Source of the DNA: Squalus acanthias
Lineage: Eukaryota
Length of the DNA stretch: 64,000 bases
Assembly (NCBI GenBank): GCA_030390025.1
Contig: CM059432.1
Coordinates: forward strand, 76,138,001 to 76,202,000
Direction of reading: 5' to 3'
Each line of letters starts with the position of its first letter. Within the stretch, counting starts at the first letter, position 1. Positions 51,172 through 64,000 of the stretch are shown in pieces. Below the pieces are notes generated by a model that was given only the letters and a program-made list of their open reading frames with translations, made no database searches and had not been told where the DNA came from. Position numbers and translations under genes: made by a program.

Positions 51172-54100
51172 GAGCGATTGGTGCACAAGGACACCCAGGT
51201 CTCGTTGCACTTCCCCTTCTCCCAATCTATTGCCATTCAGATAATAGTCTGCCTTTCTGTTTTTGACACCAAAGTGGATAACCTCGCATTTATCCACGTT
51301 ATATTGCATCTGCCATGCTTCTGCCCACTCACCCAACCTGTCCAAATCATCCTGGAGTTTCTCGGTATCCTCCTCGCAGCACACACTCCCACCCAGCTTT
51401 GTGTCATCTGCAAACTTGGAGATATTACATTTAGTTCTCTTATCTAGATCATTAATGTATATTGTGAATAGCTGGGGTCCAAGGACCGATCCCTGCGGTA
51501 CCCCACTAGTCACTGCTTGCCACTAGGAAAAAGACCCATTAATTCCTACTCTTTGCTTTCTGTCCGCCAACCAGTTCTCTATCCAAGTCAATACCTTGCC
51601 CCCAATCCCATGTGCCTTAACTTTACACGCTAATCTCTTATGCGGGACCTTATCGAAAGCCTTTTGAAAGTCCAAATACACCACATCTACTGGTTCTCCC
51701 TTATCTATTTTCCCAGTTACATCCTCAAAAAATTCCAGTAGATTAGTCAAGCACGATTTACCTTTTGTAAATCCATGTTGACTTTGTCCGATCCTGTCAC
51801 TGTTTTTCAAGTGCTCAGCTATTACATCCTTTATAATGGACTCTAGCATTTTCCCCACTACCGATGTCAGGCTTACCGGTCTGTAATTCCCCGCTTTCTC
51901 TCTACCACCATTATTGAATAGTGGGGTAACATTAGCTACCCTCCAATCCATGGGTACAGTTCCAGATTCCATCGAATGTTGGAAGATGATCAGCAATGCA
52001 TCTACTATTTCTAGGGCCACTTCCTTAAGTACCCTAGGATGTAGATTATCAGGCCCTGGGGATTTATCGGCCTTCAATCCCGTCAATTTTCCTAACACCA
52101 TTTCCCTGCAAATACTGATTTCTTTCAGTTCCTCCCTTTCATCAGACTGTATGTTCTCCAACATCTCTGGGAGGTTATTTGTGTCCTCCTTTGTGAAGAC
52201 AGAACCAAAATATGCATTTAATTGGTCTGCCATTTCTTTGTTCCCCATTATAACTTCCCCCGCTTCTGACTGCAAGGGACCTACACTTGATTTCACTAAT
52301 CTTTTCCTCTTCACATATCTATAAAAACTCTTAGGGGTAAAAATTCAGTTGGTTGCGCCTCCCGTTAGCGCCTTAAGAGGGCGCTAATGTGGCGCAAAGC
52401 CGCTAACGCCCGGGCGCAGCGATGTTTGCGCCGCTCGGGAACTTAACTTGACATTGTGCGGTGGTGCTAAAACTTACCGCTGCGACCACCTGCGCGCGCA
52501 GATTGTGACGTCATTCCATGGTGCAACGCCCTTGTGGCGCCCCGGAGCGGAAATTGAGTGGCGCCCCCTGCCTTACCGCCTGGCGCTTCCAACGACCAGA
52601 AGACTGGAACGCTGTCAATCGCTGTGGGGCTGGGGGGGGCGCTATTTAAAGGGGGCCTCTTCCTGTCTTTTATTGTTGGTGGCATTTTTGAACTACGCAT
52701 TCTGAGAGAGAGAGGGAGAGACTTCTGGAGAGATTCAACGTTGTGTGAAGGAGTTTTGAGTACTGAGCAGCACTTTTGCAGGTTCATTTTGATTTGCCAT
52801 TCCTTGTATCGATTTAGCAGAGACTGTGAGAGCTGCACTCTGAGCTCTTTGCCTGGTACTCTCCATTGTTCTTTCCAGCACATTTGATGTGCAAGTCTCT
52901 CCAGGCCGAGATTCAAGGCTGCAATGAACAGGATGTGGATGGAAAGCAAGATTAACCATCCCCTTTAAGAACTGGCCCGTGCCATTGTGTGTGTGTTCCA
53001 TTGCTGACTGACATTACATGAGCTTCGCCAGCGCTCTGAGTTAGCGCCTCACTGCTCGGCCTTTGCGCCTTAAGACAGGTGTGCAGCGCCTGCTTTAGCG
53101 CTCCACTCACCTCCCGGGGCGGTAAAAGTGAAGTTTCCAGTCAGTGCCGATAATTAGCGCCAGGCGCTAATATTTGCGTCCAGACGATATTTGCGCCCCA
53201 AATGGGGCGCGACCTAATTTCTACCCCTTACAGTCAGTTTTTATGTTCCCTGCAAGCTTACTTTCATATTCTATTTTCCCCTTCTTAATTAATCCCTTTG
53301 TCCTCCTTTGTTGAATCCTAAACTGCTCCCAATCCTCAGGGTTACCGCTTTTTCTGGCCAATTTATATGCCCTCTCCTTGGATCTTATGCTATCCCTAAT
53401 TTCCCTTGTTAGCCACGGCTGAGTCACCCTTTTTGTTTTATTCTTATGCCACACTGGGATGAACAAATTCTGTAGTTCATCCATGCAGTCTTTGAATGTT
53501 TGCCATTGCCTATCCACCGTAAACCCTTTGAGTGACATTCCCCAATCAATCCTACCCAATTCGCGCCTCATACCATCGTAGTTTCCTTTATTTAAATTCA
53601 GGACCCTAGTCTCTGATTCAACTACTTCACTCTCCATCCTAATGAAGAATTCTATCATATTATGATCACTCTGACCCAAGGGGCCTCGTACAATAAGATT
53701 GCTAATTAATCCTTTCTCGTTACATAATACCCAGTCTAAGATGACCTGATCTCTGGTTGGTTCCTCGACATATTGTTCCAGAAAACCATCCCGTAAACAT
53801 TCGAGGAATTCCTCCTCCACAGTATTTTTACTAATTTGGTTAGCCCAATTTATATGTAAGTTAAAGTCACCCATGATGACTGCTGTGCCCTTACTGCATG
53901 CTTCTCTAATTTCCCTTTTAATGCCATCCCCAACCTCCGTATTACTGTTTGGAGGTCTATATACCACTCCCACTAACGTTTTCTGCCCCTTGTTATTTCT
54001 CAGTTCTACCCATACAGATTCCACATCATCAGAGCTAATATCCTTCCTTTCAATTGTGTTAATCCCCTCTTTAACCAGCAATGCTACCCCACCTCCCTTT

Positions 54101-55012
54101 CTTTTTTGCCTATCTTTCCTAAATATTGAATACCTCTGGATGTTGAGTTCCCAGCCTTGGCCACCCTGGAGCCATGTTTCTGTAATCCCAATCAAATCGT
54201 ATTCATTTACCTCTATTTGTGCAGCTAATTCATCCACCTTGTTCCGAATGCTCCTTGCATTGAGACACAAAGCCTTCAGGCTTGTTTTTTTAATGCTCTC
54301 AGACCTATATGAATTATTATTTACTGTGAGCATGCAAGTGCAGCAGGCGGTTAAGAAGGCAAATGATATGTTGACCTTCATAGCGAGAGGATTCGAGTAC
54401 AGGAGCAAGGATGTCTTGCTGCAGTTGTACAGGGCCTTGGTGAGACCACACCTTGAGTATTGTGTGCAGTTTTGGTCGCCTTATCTGAGGAAGATGTTCT
54501 TGCCATGGAGGGAGTGCAGCGAAGATTCACCAGACTGATACCTGGGATGACAGGAATGACATATGAGGAGAGATTGGGTCGATTAGGCTTGTATTCGCTA
54601 GAGTTTAGAAGAATGAGAGGGGATCTCATTGAAACTTATAAAATTCTAACAGGACTAGACAGACTAGATGCAGGAAGGATGTTCCCGATGGCGGGGGACT
54701 CCAGAACCAGGGGTCACAGTCTAAGGATAAGGGGTCAGCCATTTAGGACTGAGATGAGGAGGAATTTCTTCACCCAGAGAGTGGTGAACCTGTGGAATTC
54801 TCTACCACAGAAGGCAGTTGAGGCCAATTCATTAAATATATTCAAGAAGGAGTTAGATATATTTCTTAAGGCTAAAGGGATCAAGGGATATGGGGAGAAA
54901 GCAGGGACAGGGTACTGAATTTGGATGATCAGCCATGATCTCATTAAATGGCGGAACAGGCTCGAGGGGCCGAATGGCCTACTCCTGCTCCTATCTTCTA
55001 TGTCTATGTTTT
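51172..55012. mobile_element. Young CR1 LINE with inverted 5' part (51172-54300 on -, 54325-55012 on +)
   Basis: Long endonuclease ORF 53221-54408 and RT ORFs on the minus strand; 3' ORF 54460-54918 and tail on the plus strand. Confidence 0.9.
52334..53227. mobile_element. PIF/Harbinger MITE nested in CR1
   Basis: TIRs ggggtaaaaatt / aatttctacccc; TTA TSD (52331-33, 53228-30); gcgcc-rich subterminal repeats. Confidence 0.9.
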
Positions 55013-56800
55013 TTTTTTCTATGTGGTGAGAGTGGCTTCTGAGGTTGCAGAAATGACCTACAAACTCCTGACAGCTAAATCTCTGCACAAAATGGTGTCA
55101 GCAAGAACCTTTCCCTTTGGGAAGGAAGCAGGTATAAAGTGTGAGTATTTATGTGTTTTTTTCCAGCTGTCGCTTAATGAACTCGCACAATGGCCACTGA
55201 GCTTCCGCCTCCCCTTCACAGGTGAGGTTCCTGAGGTGCGTGAATCCTGTGTGCTACAAGTTAAAGCCAAAACTGAGGTTAAAAGGCTGTTAAGGGTCTG
55301 TAAATGAGAAGTTAAGTACATCAATGAGGTTGCCCGACTCTCCTGAGCGGGTCCGCATTGCGCCTCGATACGCGCCCGAGTTAAATGCGGAAATCATCGG
55401 GATGTCGGTGTGTTCCTGACGCGCTGTCAATTTCTGCGCTTTTAACTGCTGACCTGCCCCCAGATCCGCACGCTCTGCAATGGGAAAAGTCCGGCCATGG
55501 TAATTGTTTTTACACAGAGCAGGAAACAAAAACACTAAACTCTGAAAATTTGCTTTATTTTCTCCATCTTTAAGCAGTTGTTTTTTTCCGCTTCAAGCGT
55601 GTAGACATGGGAGGAAATGTTCCAGACCCACAGAACAGCCATTCCTCATTCTGGTCAGCACAAAAATTCAACCCAAAATATAAAAAGTGTACACTGAGAA
55701 ATGGGCATCTGCTGAATTCCCAAACCTAATTCCAAGCTTGTCTGAAATCCTCTGTTTTCTTTCATGGCGGATAAGGCTAATTTTTGGAGGTATTGGCCAA
55801 CAGCGAAAGCCTTGAATCAAATGCATTGCTGCTGATGGCATTTTATTTACTATGTAGACAAAATTTTAAGAAAAAAATAATGCTGGCATCTAGATTTTGG
55901 AAGAGAGTTCTGTGTATTGTTTGTTTTTGCGTTTGTTGCATAGAGTTTTCCTTTGAAGGCCAACTAACAACATGCGATTTGATTTGAAAGCCAGAGTTTT
56001 CCTGTCTAAAATGATTCCCTCTCTTATGCGACGTTGCACAGCAATTTAACCCTTTAAGCATTAAAGTAACATTTTTGCACTGATGAGTTAAGATAACAAT
56101 AGGAGAAACTTTTTGTGCAGAGCCAAGTACATATACCACGAACAACAGAAATCTGAAAAGGGAGTTTTTATCAGAATTGTATTTCCGTTTCATACACTGA
56201 CTGGCCTGCTGTGCTTTTCCAAAATTAAAATTTGCATTTTCTTGTCTTAGACGCAACTGCAGCACACACTCTAACAAAGAGCATAAAAAGGAGCACAATT
56301 TGTCTGTCTCAGCTTTTTAAGTTAAACATTTTTGAATAGGAAACCAAACATATAATTTGTCACAATTATTGAATGAAGTGGCTCAAACATCTGCAGCAAC
56401 TCCACAGCTATTGATACTTTGTGAGGTATTTAATGAGACTTATAGTTGTTTGTAAAGAGAGTAGCACCAGGGAGTGAAGCAGGAGGACAGTGATGTTCTA
56501 TAGTAGCATAGTGGTGATGTTACTGGACTAGTAATCCAGAGAATGTGGCGTCAAACTGCACCACGGCAGTTTGAGAATTTGAATTGTAGGTGAGTAAAGA
56601 GAATCAGGCCAATCAAGCCCTCTCTATCCAGTCAACAATTCAATCATCACTCACCCCTAACCACTGCAAAAGGCAAGAAAAGAAACTGGTCATTTTAGGG
56701 AAAACTCTGGAAAATTCTCCTGACTCCTTCTATATTTCAGAGGGTAATGACTCTCTGAAAAGAGGAATACTTCCTGTCATCTAACCTAACTTTTTGCCAT

Positions 56801-57900
56801 AATAAAAACAGAAAATGCTGGAAATACTCAGCAGGTCAGACAACATCTGTAGAAAGAGAAACAGAGTTAACGTTTCAGGTCGATGACCTTTCGTCAGAAC
56901 TGGAAAAAGTTAGAGATATAACGGGTTTTTAAGCAAGTGCAGGGGCAGGGAAAGGGGGGAGGGGAGGAAAGAACAAAAGGGAAGGTCTGTGATAGGGTGG
57001 AAGGCAGGAGTGATTAAATGACAAAAGGGATGATTGTACAAAGCAAAAGGAGATGGTAATGGACAAGTAAAGAAACAAAAGATGGGTCTGGAAGAGGTGA
57101 AAATGGGAATGGCAGAATCATCAACAGCTGCCATCTGAAAAAATAGGGGCCGAGGTTATCGTCTGAAATTGTTGAACTCGATGTTAAGTCCAGAAGGCTG
57201 TAAAATGCATAATCGAAAGATGAGGTGCTGTTCCTTGAGCTTACGTTGAGCTTCGTTGGAACAGTGTAAGAGGCCGAGATGGAGAGGTCAGAGTGGGAGT
57301 GGGGTGGAGAATTGAAGTGACAGGCGACCGGAAGCTCGGGGTCACGCTTGCAGGACTGAACGGAGGTGTTCTGCAAAGCGGTCACCCAATCTGCATTTGG
57401 TCTCCCCAATGTAGAGGAGACCGCATCGTGAGCAGCGAATACAGTATACTAAATTGCAAGAAGTACAAGTAAGTCGCTGTTTCACCTAGAAGGAGTGTTT
57501 GGGTCCCTGGACAGTGGGAAGGGAGGAGGTAAAAGGCCAGGTGTTGCATCTCCTGCGCTTGCACGGGAAGGTGCCATGGGAAGGGGAGGGGGTGTTGAGG
57601 GTGATTGAGGAGTGGACCAGGGTGTCGCGGAGGGAACGGTCCCTTTGGAATGCTGAAAGGGAGGGGAGGGGAAGATGTGTTTGGTGTTGGGATCATGCTG
57701 GAGGTGACGGAAATGGCGGAGGATGATCCATTGAATGTGGAGGCTGATGGGGTGAAAGGTGAGGACAAGAGGAACCCTATCGTGGTTCTGGGAGGGAGGG
57801 GAAGGGTGAGAGCAGAATTGCGGGAAATGGAATGGACACGGTCGAGGGCCGTGTCAACCACGGTAGAGGGGCGTCCTCGGTTCAGGAAAAAGGAAGACAT
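56801..57900 (-). mobile_element. Penelope-like retroelement 3' fragment (GIY-YIG endonuclease plus terminal repeat)
   Basis: Across frameshifts it reads GTFPCKRRRCNT, LVYCIRCSRCGLLYIGETKCRLGDRFAEH and PVACHFN. Confidence 0.88.
56865..56901 (-). ncRNA. Putative minimal type I hammerhead ribozyme of the Penelope end
   Basis: AGUU-CUGACGA-A-AGGUC(AUC)GACCU-GAAAC-GUU-AACU: catalytic boxes, stems I and II, and a palindromic AACGUU stem III. Confidence 0.6.
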
Positions 57901-58044
57901 TTTGCCTATGGATTTAAATGCATGTTTTCTAGTCCATCCGTATCTATTTCGAATAACCTGCCTAACTATCCAATCCCTTCCTCATTTTAAAACCTCAGTA
58001 TCCCCTCTAGGCCTATGTTTCTCCAAATGTAAATAACCCTAATT

Positions 58045-58750
58045 CTCAGAGCCTATCCTCGTAACTGAAAGCTCTAAGGTTAGGTATCATCCTGGTCACC
58101 CTCTGCAGCTTCTTCAGAGCCTCCAGATTCTTCATCATGGGCACAAGAGGGGAGATTTTTTTGTTAACTTTAATGGGTAGAAAATCACAGGCAGGATGTG
58201 CTCCCGATCCGTGCCAGGGATGCAGACAAACAAATCTCCCTGATATTCTAACAGCAGATGTACCAGAGCCACATATGTAGCTAAAACATACTTTTGCAAA
58301 GCATACGAGGCATACCACTTTATCCTTGGTGGTCCTAGCAATACAATAAAAGATCCTATCACCTTTCTCCAAAGCCACCTAAAACTTCTTGTGTACCTTT
58401 AATAATTGATCAACTATTTACCCCGGGTCTCTTTCTTGATCCATTACCTTTGACAGGTATTGTATAACATGCCAGGAGTTTTCTAACCCAGGTTCTTGAC
58501 GCTGCACTTATCCATATTAAATGACATCTGCAACACATGGGTTAATACCCCTAACTTGCCTAAATCTACCTGCAACTCTATTATTTAGTATGAATTACTA
58601 ACCCGCATGCACATTTTCAAGCCATCAGTTGATTGTAAGAATGATTCCATTTAAGCACTCCTCTAAATCATTCATGAAAATGTGATGAATGATTGTTCCA
58701 ATGCTAAGCTCTGTGGAACTCCGCTCGTGATCAAGCCCCAATCAGAGGTT
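58045..58750 (-). mobile_element. Old CR1 RT fragment
   Basis: LEALKKLQRVTRMIPNLRAFSYEDRL and a GVPQSLAL remnant. Confidence 0.65.
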
Positions 58751-59810
58751 ATATTTGATGTGATATGAAAACTTTCCATAATATGTCTTCACATCCAGTC
58801 CTGAAGCACCACTTTCATTTCCTACTTTAATGCAATTTTTTCATTAAGCTTTATAAAGATCTTGGTTTTTCTTTTGTAATTTATGATTTGAAGCCTTCCC
58901 TTTCATGGAATCTCCCTTCCTGCACCTACTGAAACCAAATGTGATGAAAGATGGTTCCAATGGGGTGGAGATCCCTCAATTAATGCTGCTAGATAGTTGT
59001 CTGTTTGGAGGTGCATATGAGAGCTCTGATTGACTGGCTGTCTGACTTGCCCTTTGGGGAAGCACCTAGTCTTGGATTTGACTACAATAACTCAACAATA
59101 CAATATTTGACATCCTCCCTCCATCCTTTAATTACTGGACACCATGGCCAATGCCAGACAGCTATATCTGCAATACAAACTTGCTGTTACCATTTGGTCC
59201 TCATGTGGTACTCACATAGTTATCCAATGACTTCTGAAAATGTATACATCAGGAGTTGGAATTCTGGCTGATGCCTTCCCTCCCTAGCCCAGAGGTGTTG
59301 AGGCAAACTGTAGCATATATACCTTTGTTCCAACTGAGATCAGGTAGCTTAGCACAGACCAGAGATCAAACTTATGTTCTGGGCCTATGCTTGAGTTCCA
59401 CACTGCACCATACATTTGCCAATGGAGCCATCAGCAAAGTAGCATTTAAAGAAGCTTGCAAAACAAATTTGCTCAGCAAAAAGAAAAATGGCTCCTTACA
59501 TTTACAAATAGTAAGATATTGGAGCACTTGAAAGAAACATATATTAATGGTTTAGTTCCTAGGGTAGATATTGAGCTATATCATGATTAGCAATTTGTAG
59601 ATTAGCACTTACAAAAATGAGATGAAGGCAATTAACCTTCTGTTAAATTTACATTATGTGTATGAACACACAATAAATGTGGCCTTGCCGATGTTTCCCA
59701 CATTCCAAGAGCAAATTAAAAAAAAGTTATCTAGAAATGAACGGACAAAGATGGATCTAGATCTTTTTAATAATATAGATAGATTGAGCTGAAATGCACA
59801 TCCTATAGAA

Positions 59811-60259
59811 TGTCAGTCGTGGCTCAGTGGGTAGCACTTTGAATCAGAAGGTTGTGGGTTCAAGTTCCACTCCAGAGACTTGAGCACTAAAAATTCCTGT
59901 GTCGCGCTGAGGGAGTGCTGCACTGTCAGAGGTGCCGTCTTTCGGATGAGTTGTTAGACCGAGGCCCCTTCTGCTGTCTCAGGTGGATGTAAAAGATCCT
60001 ATGGCACTATTTGAAAGAAGAGCAGGGGAGTTATCCCCGGTGTCCTGGCCAATATTTGTCCCTCAATCAACATAAGAAAAAAACAGATTATCTCATTATC
60101 ACATTGCTGTTTGTGGGAGCTTGCTGTGTGCAAATTGGCTGCCACGTTTCTTACATTACAACAGTGACTACACTTTAAAAAAGTACTTCATTGGCTGTAA
60201 AGTGCTTTGGGACGTCCTGAGGTCGTGAAAGGTGCTATATAAATGCAAGTCTTTCTTTT
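59811..60259 (+). mobile_element. Full-length Deu-domain tRNA SINE (SacSINE1-like)
   Basis: A box tggctcagtgg, B box ggttcaagt, Deu core, and L2-derived tail aaaggtgctatataaatgcaag. Confidence 0.88.
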
Positions 60260-60430
60260 CAGACATTACAAAGTTATGATGCGAAACAGGGTTTCTGCCG
60301 CACTTCCAACAAAGTTACAGTGGCATTGGGCAGACAGTCTGTAGAAGTTCAGGGCCAATATCTGTTTTTCTTAATAGTTACTATTTGTGTTTACTATTCT
60401 CAACATACACATGGATGCTGACAGATTACT

Positions 60431-60503
60431 GCAGCAACTGAGTGTAACCAGGCCAGAGAGGGGCAGCAACTGAGTAAACCCAGGCCAGAGAGGGCAGTTA
60501 TTG
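60431..60503 (+). repeat. Short tandem repeat, ~31-bp unit, about 2.3 copies
   Basis: gcagcaactgagt..aaccaggccagagaggg repeated. Confidence 0.7.
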
Positions 60504-60759
60504 AGCATTCATAGGCTCGACAGGGATGACAGCAATCATGAGTGTGTGCATATTCTGTAATTTACCATTCAGAGCATACTCAGACATTTAATAATTTCTT
60601 TTTTGTTCCAATGTCTGGAATCATATTTTGTGACACCAATTGCTTATGAAAATCAAAGATGAAATAAGATGGCTAATTCAGCCAAAATCTAGCCAAGTTT
60701 TCATGTAGGAGATCCAGAATCCCAGGAACAGAATGCAGGAGTCAATGGAGAATATTATG

Positions 60760-61283
60760 TAGAATTACATGAATTTACAGCACAGAAACAGGCCATTTGG
60801 TTCAACTGGTCTATGCCAGTGTTTATGCTTCACAAGAGCCTCATCCCACTCTACTCCATCGAACCTAATCTGCATATCCTTCTATTCCTTTCTCCCTTAT
60901 CTAGCTTCCACTTAAAGGCATCTATGCTATTCGCCTCAACTACTCCATGTAGTAGCAAGTTCCACATTCTAACTACTCTCTGGATTTATTAATGACAATT
61001 TTATATTTATGGTCCCTAGTTTTGGACTTCCCCACAGGTGGAAACATCTTCTCTACATCTACCCTATCAAACGCCTTCATTATTTTAAAGATCTCTATCA
61101 GGTCACCCCTCATCCTTTTTTTCTAGAGAATAGAGCCCCAGCCTGTTCAGTCTTTCCTGATAGGTATAACCTCTCAGCTCTGGCATCATTCTTGTAAATC
61201 TTTTTTGCACCTTCTCCAGTACCTCTATATCCCTTTTGTAATATAGAGACCAGAGCTGTGCACAGTGCTGTAAGTGTAGTCTA
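60760..61283 (-). mobile_element. CR1 3' fragment
   Basis: Reverse-complement similarity to 40680-41217. Confidence 0.75.
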
Positions 61284-62232
61284 TATTAAAGGAGAAGAGG
61301 AGTCAGCTCGCCATCAGACCCAAAGAACCAGAAAAATGTTACAAGAGTAACTCTTGCAGTGGCCAGCTGTGATGTTGCAAAAGCTCGCAGTGCGGCACAC
61401 AATTCTACTTGTGAAGTCATCTCTCGCTTTTTCTATTACTGGTAATTATATTATAATTTTGCTAACATTTCTATAACTAGTTTATGTGTAATTTATTAAC
61501 TATTTGGAGTATAATGGTTCCAAGTAAGGAAAAAAGCTTACAGTGCAAACAGAAGTTCAGGTCAATAGATGTGAGGTACAGTGTGTTGAATCCTAAATAT
61601 AGTTTGTGCTTGTGAAAGGGTAAATGAGTCATGACAATAACAGTAAGAAATCTCTCATGATACTGTAATAAGACATTAAATCATTAAATACAAGACTCAT
61701 GAATGGTCCACTGAAGAATAGATGATATTGATCTGCAAATTAAATACGATGCACGGTTGCAAAATGGATTAAACAATTACCTAAAAGTTTAAAGTTAGTG
61801 TATTTTCATGTGGCCAATTACACTAATGACCACCTTCATTTATGCAATTGCTTTAATCACTAGATGTTGAAATATCCGCATGTATTGTAAGGATATTAGT
61901 TGCTTATTCATTGGTTAAAGATGGGTGTGAATGTGTAGGAATTCATGTAAATTAGAAATGGTTAAGCAATTTTAAAGTAGAAAGTAAGTGGATAATATAC
62001 AGATAATCAATGTTTTTGGACAATATTGCAACTATAACTTACTTCAGCAGTTTGGATCGTATAAATTGTGAGAATGAAGCTAGATGGAAACTGTATAGAT
62101 CATAGCCCACATCTTTTCAGGAACTGGTCTGGTTACTAAATTCTAATCCCATTTTTGCAAGATTCCTTTTGCATTCATCTGCCATCTTAATTAAGGTTTT
62201 ATACATTACCTGTAAACAAGGAGTTACTCTGG

Positions 62233-63110
62233 CAACAACAACAACAACTTGTATTTATATAGCACCTTTAACGTAGTAAAATGTCCCAAGGTGCTTCACA
62301 GGAGTGTTATAAAACAAAATTTGACACCAAGCCACGTAAGGAGATATTAGGGCAGGTGGCCAAAAGCTTGGTCAAAGAGGTAGGTTTTAAGGAGCGCCTG
62401 AAAGGAGGAAAGAGAGGTAGCGAGATGGGTGGGTTTAGGGAGGAAATTCCAGAGCTTAGGGCCTTGGTAGCTGAAGGCACGGCCACCAATGGTTGAGCGA
62501 TTAAAATCAGGGATGCTCTGGAGGCCAGAATTAGAGGAGCGCAGATATCTCGGGGTGGGGTGGGGGGGGTGGGGTGTTGTGGGCTGGAGGAGATTACAGA
62601 GATAGGGAGGGGTGAGGCCAAGGAGGGATTTGAAAACAAGGATGAGAATTTTAAAATCGAGGCGTTGCTTAACCAGGAACCAGTGTAGGTCAGCGAGCAC
62701 AGGGTGATGGGTGAACAGGACTTGATGCGAGTTAGGACATGGCAGCCAAGTTTTGGATGACCTCAAGTTTACATAGGTTAGAATGTGGGAGGCCAGCCAG
62801 GAGTGCATTGGAATAGTTAAGTCTAGAGGTAACAAAGGCATGGGTTAGGGTTTCAGCAGCAGATGAGCTGAGGTGGAAATAGGCGGTCTTAGTTATGGCA
62901 TGGATATGTGGTCAGAAGCTCATTTCAGAGTCAAATATGATACCAAGGTTGCAAACAGCCTCAGACAGCTGTTAGGGAGATGGATGGAGTCGGTGGCTAG
63001 GGAATCGAGTTTGTGGCGGGGACCGAAGACAATGGCTTTGGTCTTCCCAATATTTAGTTGGAAGAAATTTCTGCTCATCCAGTACTGGAGGTCAGACAAG
63101 CAGTCTGGCA
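62233..63110 (-). mobile_element. L2 3' fragment
   Basis: LNIGKTK, LHWFLVKQRLDFKIL and GPKLWN motifs; (gtt)n tail. Confidence 0.88.
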
Positions 63111-64000
63111 CAGTGAAAAAAAGAAGGAAGACATGTTTTTCTATATCACAGCTCTCAGCAATGTCTCAAAGCCCTGCATATATAATGGCACAGATACTCT
63201 GGTCAGTAAAAATGTTCGTGTAAGTGTGGAATGGGTGTGTAAGGGCCAAGAAATCAGGCAGGGATCAATTCTGATGAATTGCCTTTACTGGATGATATTT
63301 CTTGGCTGGGATTTTAGGTCAGAAATGAGTACAAGAGCTTTGTTAACACATGCAATTACATTTAAATTATATTTTGGGGGTAATTTCCTGAGGATGTGCT
63401 TGTGGCAGGGAACCTTGTCTGCCACCAGCACACAGCAGAACTTGACCCCCAAAATGTTCCTTTCCATTGATTTCAATCGGGTGCTTTCCATAACGGACGC
63501 CCAATCTGAAACGCCAGTTTTATACTCCAGCAGTAAGTTGAAAATTACTCTTGGTATTTCATAGTTTAATTGGTGCAAGATAAACGGGAGCATGCCAAGG
63601 AGATCACCTGATACTAGAAGATCAGTCATTTGGAAGGCACACAAGTCATTGCTTTAGCTGGCTACAAGTAGGCCTGCCATGACAGATATATCAATTTTAA
63701 ACAGGCCATTTTATTCCTGGGATATACAGGTGAAGTTATTTTCTTGCCTATGTGGAAGGATCACAGAATAGAACTAAGCTTTTTTAAGTTTCTATTTTCT
63801 GGTGAATCTTTTTGCTCACCAAAGTGAGGAATGTCAATTCTGGGCTATTCACTTTGGACAGCTCCCATTCACAACAGACACTCTGGCAGCATCGACACAT
63901 GCAGAAGAAAGTTCCGGCATCATATCTCCTCATTTTCTTTCCTTTACTGAAAACAGGCTTAGGATGCAGCAGCTGCTGAAGAATCCTGAGCGAGCAGGCC

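Noticed and set aside
53221..54408. 395-aa ORF as a host endonuclease gene
   Set aside because: It is CR1 ORF2 endonuclease. Its N-terminus comes from the antisense of the inverted 3' part and its stop lies in the MITE.
55320..55500. CpG-rich patch as a promoter
   Set aside because: It ends in a Harbinger-like terminus (aaagtccggcc-at), so it is probably a one-ended MITE fragment; too weak to call.
59811..59885. tRNA gene
   Set aside because: The A and B boxes belong to a SINE head followed by the Deu core; no complete cloverleaf.

Overview
This is vertebrate nuclear DNA, most likely a cartilaginous fish (shark or ray). The inference rests on its repeat content: HE1/V-SINE-like and Deu-domain SacSINE1-like SINEs, abundant CR1 and L2 LINEs, and Penelope elements. 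The only host gene is the 3' part of YTHDF3 (m6A reader, + strand). It has a 1569-nt internal exon (17490-19058) ending at a non-canonical GC donor, a ~13.6-kb intron, a short last coding exon (32673-32693, ERNRSK*) and a repeat-free 3' UTR to ~35.3 kb. The short 5' coding exons were not found and probably lie upstream of the window. The rest is layered, often nested, transposon debris: CR1, L2 and CR1/Zenon-like LINEs, Penelope (GIY-YIG), a Gypsy gag remnant, many PIF/Harbinger-type MITEs, a spliced Harbinger Myb gene relic, and Tc1/pogo and hAT MITEs. The most notable observations are a candidate YTHDF3 microexon and a candidate poison exon, the GC-AG intron, and a CR1 copy with a twin-priming-type 5' inversion. 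Also notable are a minimal hammerhead ribozyme in a Penelope end, a homogenised 69-bp palindrome, and a MITE carrying a promoter-plus-splice-donor cassette inside the YTHDF3 intron. No wholly new system can be asserted from the sequence alone. Repeat family names come from recognition, not database searches, and boundaries of decayed repeats are approximate.
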